Shown here piece by piece: positions 26,428 to 39,251 of a stretch of 64,000 nucleotides of DNA. The notes beneath the pieces were generated by a model, which saw only the letters and a list, made by a program, of their open reading frames with translations, made no database searches and had not been told where the DNA came from. Every line of letters begins with the position of its first letter. Positions within the stretch are counted from its first letter, which is position 1. Made by a program: the position numbers and the translations under genes. This DNA is from Monocercomonoides exilis PA203 (taxonomy: Eukaryota; Protista; Preaxostyla): positions 186,001 to 250,000 of the forward strand of contig LSRY02000034.1 in the NCBI GenBank assembly GCA_001643675.2, in the 5' to 3' direction.

Positions 26428-26920
26428 AGTAAAAAATAATCTTAATTGATTTGCAAACACTTTACAGTTTTTTGTCATAATTATTTTCCCAAATCATTAT
26501 TTTCGTACACTCAGTTTTATTTTCTCCTACATTGAATGTTAAATCTCATTATTGATAGAAAACCTTGTTGTTTACGATATTTTAGCGATTTATTCCTATG
26601 AAGTCTTCTTTCTTGAAAACAAAATTCATTTTTATAAAATTTCCTTGTTGAGAGCTTTATCCGGAAACGGAATTTCACAACATTTGCGAGCATTACGATT
26701 CTATTACTAATTTTTTATTTTGAAAATATTCTTTCAATGGAAGTTGCACTCTCAATTTGTGAATGTTGCTCAAAGAAATAATTAGTATTTAATATATTTG
26801 TAAGAAATTAATCAACATCAAATATAAAAATTTTTTTTCTTTCGATATCTTTGTCACAATAACTTCTGATGATCTATTGCATTATAAAAATTTTCAACAT
26901 CATTCGCATAAATAAATTAG

Positions 26921-27418
26921 ATGGATGACGATGTTTCCCACCCTTCGATAATGGCCGACGATAAGCATTCACAAGATGTACCAGCTAAACGATTTGAAAT
27001 TAAAAAATGGAGCGCTGTCGGTTATATATATATATATTTTCATATCTAATTGTAAAAAATATTTGTAAATATTTCGTTCTTTTATTAATTGCACTTTGCG
27101 TTCATTTTTCTTTTTTAATTTGATAGGAATGTGGAGTTGGGATCTGCAAGTTGATACATGCGCCATTTGCAGGAATCATCTCATGGAAGTTTGTATTGAA
27201 TGTCAAGCTTCAGGCGGTTCGCTTGATGAATGCAAAATTGCTTGGGGAAGTTGCAATCAGTATTTGTAAAATTATTTTAATTGTATAAAATTTGATTTAT
27301 TTCTTTTAATGTCAAATTTAGTGCATTTCATCATCATTGCGTATCTCGATGGTTAAAAACGAGACCAGCTTGCCCACTGTGCAATAGAGATTGGGAATTC
27401 CAAAAAATTGAAAGATAA
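26921..27418 (+). CDS. RBX1: RING-box protein Rbx1 (3 exons)
   Basis: '[10 protein letters not shown]|[38 protein letters not shown]|[28 protein letters not shown]'. Missed by the ORF track. Confidence 0.95.
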
Positions 27419-28196
27419 AGTTTGAATGGAATTTTCTAATATTATTAATTCTTTCCATTTTGCTTATCTGAACTCATTTTGTATCAATTATTGAAGGATG
27501 AAATACAAACAACTGGAAAAAAACAACATTTTTCATTTCACCTTTTTTCATAGTTTTGCAATTCTGCTGTTGTGCAATCTTTGAATATTTATTTTAGGTT
27601 TTTTCAGATCATTGATATTTTCATAATTGTGTTAGATTGTTGGGCTCAACTGGTGGCTCTTGGAGAATTTCAACTTTTTATGCACTTTCTGAGTTAAATA
27701 TTGGAAAGAGCATAAAGATGAAACTTTTTTTTCACATTTCACCAATACCGGGCAAAGATTTATTTTCTTTGCATCTTTTCATTTGAAGGATTAAAAACTA
27801 AAGAAGAAAACATTTTCAACAGGAAATAAACGTGAACTTTTCTCAAAGCTTTTATGTTTCAAACAAACGTTTTTTTTAAGTAAGCCTTTTCCCCAATATT
27901 TTGGCTTTTTTTTCTGTGCTTTTGTTGTACTCAGAACTCTGTTCTTTTTCTTTATTATCAAAAATTATTATCAACTCTTGTTGAAAGTCATTTTTCTTTT
28001 TTGACAATTCAACCAAAAAAAATTTTTTTTTAAAAAAGGCAAGTATTGCTGTCTTGTGCATCAATTTCAGTCATCATTTTTTTGAAAAAACGAAATAAAA
28101 AAATATCATTGATTTTGATTTTTATTTTCCATTTATATTTATTTATTAATTTATATTCGTATTTTAATTTTAATTTTAATTTTATTTTATTTTATT

Positions 28197-28227
<31 letters not shown>

Positions 28228-29516
28228 TTTTTTTTTTTGTGTGTGTGTGAGTTTGTTTGTTTGAGTTTAATAAAATGTGGATGCATCATTTTTATCCTTT
28301 CAATAATTGAGAAGTTAATTTATGCTCAAACTCTATTTAAAAATGACGCAAAATGATTTCATGAAAGAAATTCTTAAAACATAACCGAGTTAAGAAAATG
28401 TAAAATTATTCTCAACTAAATAGAAATTATAAACTCAAAAAACACCTTCCTTTCTTAAACCTTTTTTTAATATTTCTTTCAAGATTGTCAGTGACAATAA
28501 AATTGTTCAATTCATCTATTATTAAACAAAGCCAAAATCTTTTGTCAGAAAAAAATGAATTAGAGCTGACTAAGAGTCGTCTTATTAAAACTCCAATTGA
28601 TAAAAAGTTGAGTCAAATAAATAAAATATTTCTTTGGAAAAAAAAAAAAGCAAAAGTTTTCTTTCCAACTATTTTTAATTTTTATTTTCAATTATTTTTA
28701 TAAAATTGCTGTACCAATATCCAAACACCAAAAAAAGAAAAAGTTTAGAAAATATAATTATTAAATAAGTTGCATTAAAGAAATGATATCAACCAATAAT
28801 CTCTGAAAAAGTTCCAAACGTTGAAACATTCTGTGCAGAAGCGGAACAAATAATTCCAAAGAATAACCGACTCAATAATCCAATGAAAAAAGAACATGAC
28901 ACCAACAAAAATATTTAGAAAGCACATGAATAACAATAATATTTACAAAATACATAGCACAAATAAATATCCAAATAATCATGACAATGGTTAAAAATTA
29001 ACAAAAACTTTGTTCACATAAAGTCTTCACACTTATTTTCTTTCAACATAACACAATTGTCAAAATAAATAGAAAAGGTCAACTGAGAAATAAATAAGAA
29101 ATACATATCGCATTCGAATACATATTCATCTTTTTTCAAATCGGCAAATAGCCTTTTATTTTTAATAAACATACATATAAATAAATATAAACAATGCATA
29201 TCAAACAAAAATTAAAAATTAACAAAATAAACATAATAAAGGAAATAAAGGAAAAAGTTTGATTGATCCGAATCCTCGCCCTTCATGCAGAAGCGGAAAA
29301 CTGAAAAATAATTCTGGATCAAACATTCAAACACCCCATATCCAATATTCACTCCCTCATTTATCTGCTCCTCCCTCAAAATAAGAATTGCCAAGAAAGC
29401 ATTCAACTCATCTTTCCCAATGCACTGACCAATAATAAAATAATAATGTGGCGAAGCTCTATCAATTGGTTTTTTATGAAAGCAGCACAAACAATGATCA
29501 CTGCTCCAAGAACAAA

Positions 29517-32500
29517 TCAGCTCCACTGAGTGTCTATGATGAGCGAGGCACAGACAATTTTTGTGTCTTCAGTGCAATCGATTGCATCTGACACAGTCAC
29601 CATCGTGGCACCAGATGGGAAGTGTTGGAAAAACTCGCGCTTCATCCCAAACAGCGATGGGCGGTCGTCTTTGTTCTGCGCCACTGCCGATCTCACCAGG
29701 CGGCTGTATGTCGTCCCTTCAATTTCAGACAGATCTGGCCTCTCTCCATTCACAATCTTCTGCCCTGCCACATCTGCCTCGTACTCCCCAAACGGAACAT
29801 CCAGCGTCAGACACTCCCACAGCATCATCCCAATCGAAAACGCAACTGCCTTCTTTTTTGCTTCCATCTTCTTGTTGGCCATCAGCTCAGGCGCCTTCCA
29901 CCTCAGGCACTCTTTTTTCAAGGCATCTTCATCCTCAAATGCAGATGAGGGCAGAGAGTCTCTGTCATCATCATCATCATCACTTGTTGATGTGACAACA
30001 GTTGACGAAGAGATGGAGGATGAATCAGAATCTGAAGAAGAGCAGTCAGAGTGGAGGGCAATGCAGATGACCATGTGCTCAGAGAACAGCACAATGTGTG
30101 GACTCAGATTGGTAAGAGATTGAAGTGGATTGTTCATTTCATCAAACGAGCGGAGTGCCAGATTATCCACCCAGAACAGGATCTGAGCAGCCGTCACCTC
30201 CCTCTCCTGGAGAGTTCCGATTTCCATCTCTTTTGTCTTATTCAGCCCATGAAGCAGCATGAACAGTGAATCCCTCAAGTCAACGATCAGCTTCTCATGG
30301 GGAGACGAGCAGGCCATTGCATCCACCAGATTCGACATCGATGAAGTGGTTGGACATAAATCTTCCCCACGAACAAATGTGGATTCTGTATCTGATGTGT
30401 CTGTGGATGAAGTGGATGAAATGGATGGTGATGGTGTCCTCTTCCTCGATATATCATCTTCTTCCTCATCAACCTTCTCCAGCATCCATTGAGGGATCTT
30501 GTCTGAATCTCTTCCCAAGATATATTCAGTGGAACCACTCTCGCTCAATAAATTCTCTGATGACTCCGAATGTCCCAAGCTTTTTTCATTAACTCTCTTC
30601 TTGATCCTCTCTTCATTCTTCTTCTCTGCCTCTCTCTCTGCTCTCCTCCACTGCTCCTCAGGTGACATCTCCATCGTCACCATCTCAAAAGCTTTCGGAT
30701 CCTTCTTCACTGTGTCTTCCACAATCACCTCCAGCTCAACTGTTCTTCTCTTTTGCTTTCTCCACCGAATTGTGACAAAAATTGAAACTAAAAGCACAAT
30801 AAACAAAAGAACAACCAAAATAATTATTATCACAGTTGAAGAAGAAAACTTTCCATTTCCTCCTTCAGCAAGTTTTTCATTTCCATTTGTCCGAGATTCG
30901 CTTTTGTTCTTCAGTATCTGTGGAGAAGTTGCAGCCAATTGCTTTCCATACAATATCATCACAGACACCTCCGTTTCGTCTGCAATCGTTGAAATATTTT
31001 CTGATGGAATCATCCCAATCACTTCCGTTTCTGATACAAAACTGTCTTCCTCAAAAGGATATGTCTCAATCATCTCCACATCCCCTGTTTTATACACAAC
31101 TCTGAATGACAAGTCGCATGGCACAAAAAGAGTTCCCTTGAATTTTATCATGGCATTTCTTCCATTTTCATTCACAGAAACATCCTCCAGCACTGGGATG
31201 AACAATGGTGATGCTCGCTCCTCAACAATCCCCTTCAGCATGCATCCATCATTCAGAATCCACATCGATGAATCTGGCAACACTCCATCTCCTCCCTTCA
31301 GACTCATAATATTCACCTCAGCTGAATCAGAACACAACATGTTTCTCCGCACCGATGGATAATCCTCAATAGATGGGTTGTTGTTCTCAAATTCTCCTTT
31401 TTCAATCTTCACGTTTCCTTCACTCACAGACAATCCTCCCTTCTTGCTGTTTCTCATGGTTGTTTCTCTCAATTCCATTGTGCTCCTCTCCAAATCAACC
31501 ATCGACCCATTCCATCTACATATCTCCTCCTTCAACACATTGAAGCTCTTTCCTTCTTTGTTCCATTTCACACTCTCTCCTTCTTCTCCTCCTCTTCCTC
31601 CTCTTCCTCCTCTTCGTTCTGATTCTTCTCGTTTCCCATCAAACTCACACATTTCCATTCTCACACCCACACACCCCACCACACTCACCATCCCTCCTTT
31701 CTCCTTCGCTGATGAACATTCCCCAAAAGAACAGTTCGACAGTGTTATCATCTCTTTTCCATCCATCAACTTCATCGTGCTTCCTCCTCCTCGTGTTGTT
31801 GTGGTGTTTGCCATCTTCATCTCTTTCACACTCACCCTCGCTTCGTTCCCAACTTCAATCACATCGCTCCTCGATTCAATATCATTTACTTCTGTTTCCG
31901 ACACCACAACGCTCGATGCACAGCAGAACGAAAGAACTGCTCGAGAAACACCATGTGTGCAATCGAGCATTTGTTCATCTCAAACTCTCCTCCCTCCACT
32001 CCCACAATCGAGCTGTTCACCACATTCCCCATTCCCCAGCACTCGAACGAGCATTCCCTCATCACCAGCGATCCATTCTTCTCCTTCATTATCCACTTGT
32101 GTGTAGATTCAAACAGCACCCCAAACACAAACATGCACTTTTCCACAACACACCCTTCCACAAACACCACAACACTCTCCTCCTCTCCTCTCGCCTCAAT
32201 CTTTTTGCTCACCAAGACCCTCGCCTTTGCTTTCTTCTTTGATGCTATCCTCGCTCCTCCAACCACACACTCGCCCCCAACCATCCCTTCTCCATCAATC
32301 CACATTGCATTTCCAACCCCCTTCTCAATGTGTGTTATCCCGTTGTCGATGCTCTCACATGGCGCATCCTGTGCTCCACACTGCCTGCCATCTCTCCCAC
32401 CATACCATACAAACACCTGAGGAGCTGAATAATATATGATCCACGGAATCAGATCAACATCCTCCATCCCTGCCACATCGCTCCCGCAAATCGAGTTGTT

Positions 32501-35500
32501 CGACTTCAGCGCTTCCTGGCTGAAATCCATCGAAAACAGTTTTTCGTTGATCTGCAAATCAATTGAATCGCATCTGATAAACATATCCTTCCCCACATGT
32601 GCTTCATTCATCATGAATCGGATCCTTTCCATCCTGATCAAAAGCGGCAATGCTGAAGCCCCACCAGACTGAGCATTCGGTTCTATCCCATCAATCAGCT
32701 TCCCTCCTCCTCTCCCATTCCCTGCCGAGCACACACACATCCCAAACGAGCATTCCCTCACCCTCAGCTCCGACTCCCCACTCTTCAGCTGTACTTTCAC
32801 ACCTCCCCCTTCTTCGCTCCTCTCACTCATGCACTTTGTCAGCGCACACCCTTCCATCACACACACAATCCCAACTGCAAATGAATCCATACTCGCCACA
32901 GCTGATCTGTTGTCTCCACATGTAATATTTGTGAATGAAGAGCCATTTATCCTCAGCATCGTCTTCGAGTTTTGATTCTCATCATTCGCCACTCTGCTTG
33001 TGCGTGACGACGGACTCAATGATATCAAGCTGCATCCAGCTGAATTTGTGTTCGAAATCGACATGTTCACCACTTCAACAACTTCAACCCCTGAAGCAAA
33101 TCTCAAGAACCCTCCCATCAGACTGAACTGATCCAGCGAACAATCCTCAATCGTCACATTTCCTGCCTCAACTTCCATCACACAATATTTGGTTTCAACT
33201 GGTGGACTTCCACAAACAAATGAGCAGTGCGCAACTGACAGACATCCGCTCGGAGACAATGATTCAACAAGCGACACATGCCTCCCCAACTCACCTGGAA
33301 GATGAAACGACACATCTGCAATTGTCAGCCTCACATCCGATGCAATCATTGCTCTTTCATCTCCTCCTGCATCTCCTTCACTCACCCTCACAATTCTTCC
33401 TCTTTCTTCTCCTTCAATCACAATTTTCGGCCTTGGAAGTGCTGCTGAAGACGAAGCCAGCAGCGAGATTGGGTGATTGATGGAAGAATTGCCCTTGATC
33501 GTAATCGCTGATTCTTCTGTCTCAAGTGGCGAATATCTCAGCGAAACCACATGGTCAACTGAAGAACATGGCACAACAGAAAACCCACATCCGCTGAAGT
33601 CTCCTCCTCCTTCTCCATCAACAAACCCCTCCCCACTCCAGTTGCTCCACAAATACACAACCAGCGGAATCACATATTCCTCTCCTGTTGTTTTCCTCTC
33701 CCACCCACACAACTCATCAAATGATTCCAACTCCTCAGCACCCATTTCCCACTTGAAGTGCTCTTTGTTCACAATCTTGCTCAGATCCCATCCTGACACA
33801 AACACATTTCCTCCTCCCATCCCCGCACAGCAATCCACAAAACTCACTGATTCCATCACAAAATCTGCTGCTCCTTCCCCCAGCCACGCCATCACCCCTC
33901 CTCCATGTGCGCTGCACTTGCATCGATCAAACCTTGTTGTCACTCCGCTGGGCAATGCTGAAGTTCCAATGCGAGCCTTGCTTGCTGTTCCCTCCAACTC
34001 AACTTTCATCCCTCCACCACTCCCACTTTCGCACTCACAGTCAACGATTGTTGTGTTCCTCACCACAAATGTTTCTCCTTCCTTCACCTTCTTTGCCACC
34101 ACCACTCCATCTCCTGTTGTCCGATTCACATTCCCAATTGTCACATTCCCCAGCACGCTCTCTCCAGATGCCAATCCATTTGATGGCTGTTCTGAAAACA
34201 GTGATTGCGATAATTCCAAATCGATAACTTCGACATCGCACATCGTCAGCTGCGAGAGTCGAATAACATCAAACACCGAAGCCAATGTCGAATCACCCCC
34301 AACAACACCTGACGAGATCAACACATCCTCCAGCGAAAGTGACCCACTTCCTTCTGATACAACAAACACACTCAGCGAAGAACTGGCTGTTGCGTTGTGA
34401 TCTATTTTCACATGCTGCACATCCAGTTTCCCACTCGACACGCTGAACAGTGTTGTCGAAGATGGTGAAAGAGCTCCTGTCCCAATTGAAGTTGTCTCCC
34501 TTCCTTTTCCCACAACAATGATCTTCTTCTCACCAACACTGATTGTTTCTCTCTCACTCCCATAACTCCCACCAAGCACCGTGATTGTTGAGCTGAGCAA
34601 AATCAAGCTCTTTGCCACAGCTTGCCCAACTGTCGAACATGCCGCTAATTCGCTCGTTCCACACCATTCTTCTGAATCATCTCCTTCTTCTCCAACAAAT
34701 CGATCTTTCATTCCATCCTTCAGTCAGTTCTTCTTTTGTGTGTATTTCTCGTTATAATGAAAATCTGAATAGAACACTCTGTATTCATTGGTATTCGTGG
34801 TGTATGCTTCATAAAACGGGTTTCCCAAACTGTTGAAAAAATTGTAAAAATCAATAAATGAAACATCATGACCTATTTGGAATTCATTGCACAAGCAATT
34901 GTGAAAGACTGAAAAATAAACGTAAAAACCATCACTTGGTGCTATTTCTTGACATGGATAAAGATATAATCCTCCACCATTTGAAGCAGCAGAACATGAA
35001 ATAAACTGAAGGTTTTTCATTTTAAATTCCAACGGAGTGTGAGCACAATACATCCCTCCACCAAAATCTCCAGAAATTGAGCAAGAAGAAAATGAACAAT
35101 CATGCACATAAGCACAATCTCCACTTCCAATTTCTGTTCCTGTGCAGCCTGATCCGAAGGTGTTAAATTCATAAAAACAAAGCCCTCCTCCAGCGTTATT
35201 TGCTTTGCATTTCTGGAATTCGCAATCACTGATCCTTGAAACTGACGATATTATATATACATAAAATCCTCCTCCACTAGAGTTTTGAGATATGCATGAA
35301 TAAACAGAATTGTTTATGGCTTCAACTGACTTTATTTTTGCGCAGAATATTCCGCCACCGCTTTGATATGCTGTGCAGTCATTGAACGAACAATGAGAAA
35401 GTGAAAGAACTCCATTTCCCATGTCGAACATGCAAATGGCTCCTCCATTTGATGCAACATCTCCCCACAAATCATTCGTTCCTGTTGTCTTCGATCCATT

Positions 35501-36562
35501 CCACTCACACCAACTGAATGTATTTATCCCATTTTCTGTTTCATTTTGCCTCCCTGGCTGTTTCTTATCATCTGCAGTTCCAATAAACTCAACATTTCCG
35601 GTTCTGCTGCATCCGATAAACGAGGTGTTTGAGGCAGTCAAAGATGCCAAGGGATTGTTGAGAGATGACACAATTCCGCCATCATATGCATCACAAACTG
35701 ACGAAAACAAGCAACTTTCAACAAAAGTGGTGTGCCCGCAACAAGCAACCGGAGGATCCGCCTTTCCAGAAATTATTGATGATACGTTGGAGAAAATCAA
35801 ACCAGAAAGACAAACGCTCTCAACAAAAGGCGATGAAAGAAATGGAGGTGATGCAATTGAAAATGAAGAGAAAAATGAAGAACGAACGGAAGCTTGACTG
35901 AAGCAATGAATCTCACTTTCAGGAGGTGTTGAAGCAAACAATGGAGGCAGCAGGAACGGAAAAGAGGCCGAAGACGATCCGAGTGAAATATTCGTCAACA
36001 CCCCACAACTCCCTCGCAAAGCCAGTGGGCATGCCCCATGTCCCACCAACATGTTGCAATCTTCCATTTCCACGGTGCTCTGATCGTTTGCGCAGACAAG
36101 ACATTTTTCTTTGTCAGACATCATTCTCAGCCTCCTCCACTTCACTGACGAATTCCTCAAATTCGCACTTCCTTCAACAAAACTTTCTGAAAAGAAAGCA
36201 TTTTTGTTCTTATCGCCGTATAAAATATGGAAGTTGTTCTGCGTTAACGGCTTCCCACTCTTCTCCTTCTTTGATAAATCAATTTCAACAATTGCAAATT
36301 CATCTTTCCTCATTTCCAATTCTTCCATATTTTCAATCTTCGTTCCAATAAAATCGATGTCAAAATTTACCGAATATCTGTTTTCAAATTTATTGTGCGG
36401 TCCATAAAACGTCTCTGGACATGTTTCAGATAAAACAAATTGTTCATCTCTTGCTCCGGCAATCTCTCGAAAGCCTTGATCTGCAAATTCTGCATGAGCG
36501 TCACACATCAGTTTCCATTCCAGAACTATTATTGTCAGAGCGTTTAACAAAATGCTTGCCAT
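29517..36562 (-). pseudogene. ~2350-codon receptor-like gene: signal peptide, Cys/Gly-rich beta-helix-like ectodomain, one TM, degenerate kinase-like C-terminus; disrupted
   Basis: Three colinear ORFs joined by an in-frame TGA (34724-26, 'KKN*LKDGMKD') and a frameshift near 31950-31970. Repeated 'C...GGG(A/L/I)' motifs; TM 'VIIIILVVLLFIVLLVSIFVTI-RWRKQK'; kinase C-lobe remnants 'RWKAPE', 'FSIGMMLWECLT..PF', 'GERP', 'DRPS'. Confidence 0.8.
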
Positions 36563-36757
36563 CAACAAACACCAAACAAAATTTTGTGATAAATGAAAAA
36601 AAAGCTAATGGGTCCAAAGCTTTTAAATGAAATTGAACGAAAAATTCTTTTGGAGAATATTGAAAAGTTCATTATTCACGTTTAAATTCTAAAAACGATG
36701 TTCTTTCCATAATATTCTTTTCAGAATACTTTTTTGTGATTTATTTCAACAGCTTCG

Positions 36758-38643
36758 ATGAATCGCCGGTACTTGTCGCAGCGGGCAAGACCCGAAAACA
36801 AGCGGTACCTGATGCTGGAGCAGCTCGGGACGGGGACGTATGGGTCGGTGCGAAAGGCGTATGATTTGGAGACACACGAGTTTGTGGCGGTGAAGCAGAT
36901 CAAGCACCAGCACGGAGAATTCAACATCTCGCAGACAACGATTCAGGAGATTGCGCTGCTGAAGGAGATGGCCCATGAGAACATCGTGCGATTTGTGGAT
37001 GTTTGCTCATTGACTTTTCGGAAAGCAGTTTTTTTTTTTTCACACCGATTTCCTTCCGATTTTCTCATTTTGTTTTTTTCCCCTCTAATTATTTATTTGA
37101 TTTCTTTTTCAATTCAAAATGTGAATGAAACAGGTGAGAAGCGACCCACTGGAGAAGACGGTTGAGCTTGTGACCGAGCTTTTGGAAACTGACTTTTTTG
37201 TTTGGATTTATTTTTTTTTTTCAATTGCTTCTTTGCTTGACCCGTTATTGTCCTGTTGCTTTTATGTGCTTCTTTTTTTTTGGTTGTGCTTGTATTGGCT
37301 GTAATGCTGCTGGTTGTCTGCTCAATTGCATTTTTTTCCCTTTTGCGGGAAGATGTATCTGCACCGGGTGGATCAGCGGCTGCACTCGGAGCAGTTTGTG
37401 CGATCGGTGCTTTTCCAGGTGCTGAAGGCTGTTGGGTATCTGCATGCAAACTGGGTCATCCATCGCGATTTGAAGCCGAGCAACATTCTTCTGAATGGCG
37501 ATGGAAAGGCAAAACTGGGTGTGGGGAGAGAGACAGAAATTTGCTCCTTTTTCTTTTCTTTTCTTAAAAGAACTCCTCTTTTGTTGATAGTTAACATCTT
37601 TTGATTGCTCGTTTGTGTGCATTCATTGCTATTCTCTGCCTTTTTTTGATGTCTGATATTCTGGACTGGGGCGTTCAGCGGACTTTGGATTTGCGAGGTC
37701 GTTCCAAGCACCTCCTGAGGCGCTGTCACGTGATAAGGTGCGGGTGACACATTGGTATCAACCACCGGAGCAGGCACTGGGGGCAGAGATGTATGCGCCG
37801 TCTGTGGACATGTGGTCGATGGGGTGCATCTGCGCTGAGGCGATGACTGGATTGCCTCTGTTCCAAAGCTCTGAGAACAGACCTGAGAAGGTGCTGGAGA
37901 ACATCACGACCACCCTGGGGGACATAGAGAAGCAGTGGGCAGGGGTGCGTGCGATGGCAGAGTACAAGAAGCTGAAGGGGAAGTTGGCTGGCGGAGGCGG
38001 AGGAGGAGGTGGCGGTGGAGCACCGGGAAAAGGAGGAGCGAACGTGATCGGCTTGGGGTTGCGTAACCGTCTGGAAGAGAAGCTTGATCGGCTGTGCGAG
38101 AAGGAGCGAAGGAGAAGTCTGTATCCGGTGGAGAAACATCTGATTGGGCAGATGGTGCGGTATAATCCGGAGCTGAGGATATCGGCAGAGCAGGCGCTGC
38201 TGCACCCTTACTTCACAGTCCCTCCCGAAGAGCATCCCCACCTGTCCATTCACCGTGTGGAACAGCTGTTTGCGTCTGCCACTGCTTCGCTCGCCCGCTC
38301 GCTCGCTGCTGATCCTCAGCCTGTTCCACTGGCGCTGCGGGCCCAGGAAGGGAAATGTGGGCTGGATGAAGAGATTGAGCTAGGCACTGCCAGTTTTGAT
38401 GGGCATTGCGCAAAGTGCGAGGCGGACACATTGGAGCTGCCAGACATTCCGCTTGTGCCAATTGCGGGTGTTGTGGCGGAGCTACAACGAAAGCAGATTT
38501 TTGCGAAGGTGCATGTGTCGGAGGAGGATGCAGCGACAGCAGAGGTGTTTGGGAAGAGTGGAGTGTGCATTGCACAGCTGATCAGAGAGGTTGAGGAGTT
38601 TGGGGTGAAGGAAGGCAAAGAGGAGGAGCAGGGCACTTCTTGA
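36758..38643 (+). CDS. CDK-like (CMGC) protein kinase, 4 exons
   Basis: [14 protein letters not shown], '[13 protein letters not shown]' (PSTAIRE position), HRDLKPSN, spliced LADFGFAR, 'THWYQPPE', 'DMWSMGCI', '[13 protein letters not shown]'. Confidence 0.9.
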
Positions 38644-39251
38644 GTAAATGAGCACAGAAGCAGTGAAAAAAAGAAAGAAATTTCGAAGTTGACCGCTTGA
38701 CTGATGGAAACTATTGGAGCACGCTCAGATTGAAGCTGAGTGAAATGAACGGAAACAGCATTTGGCAAGCTTCCATATTGAATAAGACTTCTTTCAGAAG
38801 TCTTCAAGAACGATAGTTAGTTTTTTTGTTAACATCTGAATGCGGATGAAGTCTGGTTCTATCATATCAGATTTTTTTGTGTTATGATTCATTTATTTTA
38901 TGTTGGAGAAAATGAAAATAATAGAATTCTTCTCAACTTTCGGTGTTTTCCTTCTTTTCGTTCAAAAAAATCTTCAATTCTGAAAGTCAGAAACCAAAAT
39001 TCGAATGAAAAAGCTAAAATGCATTTGGATGAAAACTATAGCTTCATCAAAAGACAATCAACATTTCTGATTTTTTCGCTTTTTGAATTGTTGTGTGATT
39101 GAATATTTTTTGAAGTTTGTTATTTTGTTTCTTGAAATAGCAATAGAAGAAATGGTGAAAGAATCAAAAGATTTATCTGTTTCTTGCATTCTTTTTTCAT
39201 CGAAATATTTAAAAAATAGCGATCTGATACCATATGTTTTTCAATTGTTAA

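Noticed and set aside
26640-26675. TCCG-GAAA-CGGA tetraloop hairpin
   Set aside because: Only a 4-bp stem with no supporting structure; expected by chance.
27420-29500. Transposon boundary around the large receptor-like gene
   Set aside because: I found no TIR, TSD or GACCGACA motif on either side.
34724-34726. Stop-codon reassignment (TGA=Trp or TAA/TAG=Gln, known in some oxymonads)
   Set aside because: Conserved genes end at the expected place with TAA (RPL23, Rbx1, eIF2-gamma), TAG (PPase) or TGA (Cmk). Long ORFs have no internal stops, and interrupted ORFs also carry frameshifts.
29530-36630. Long plus-strand ORFs opposite the receptor-like gene
   Set aside because: Antisense shadows caused by codon bias; no recognisable motifs.
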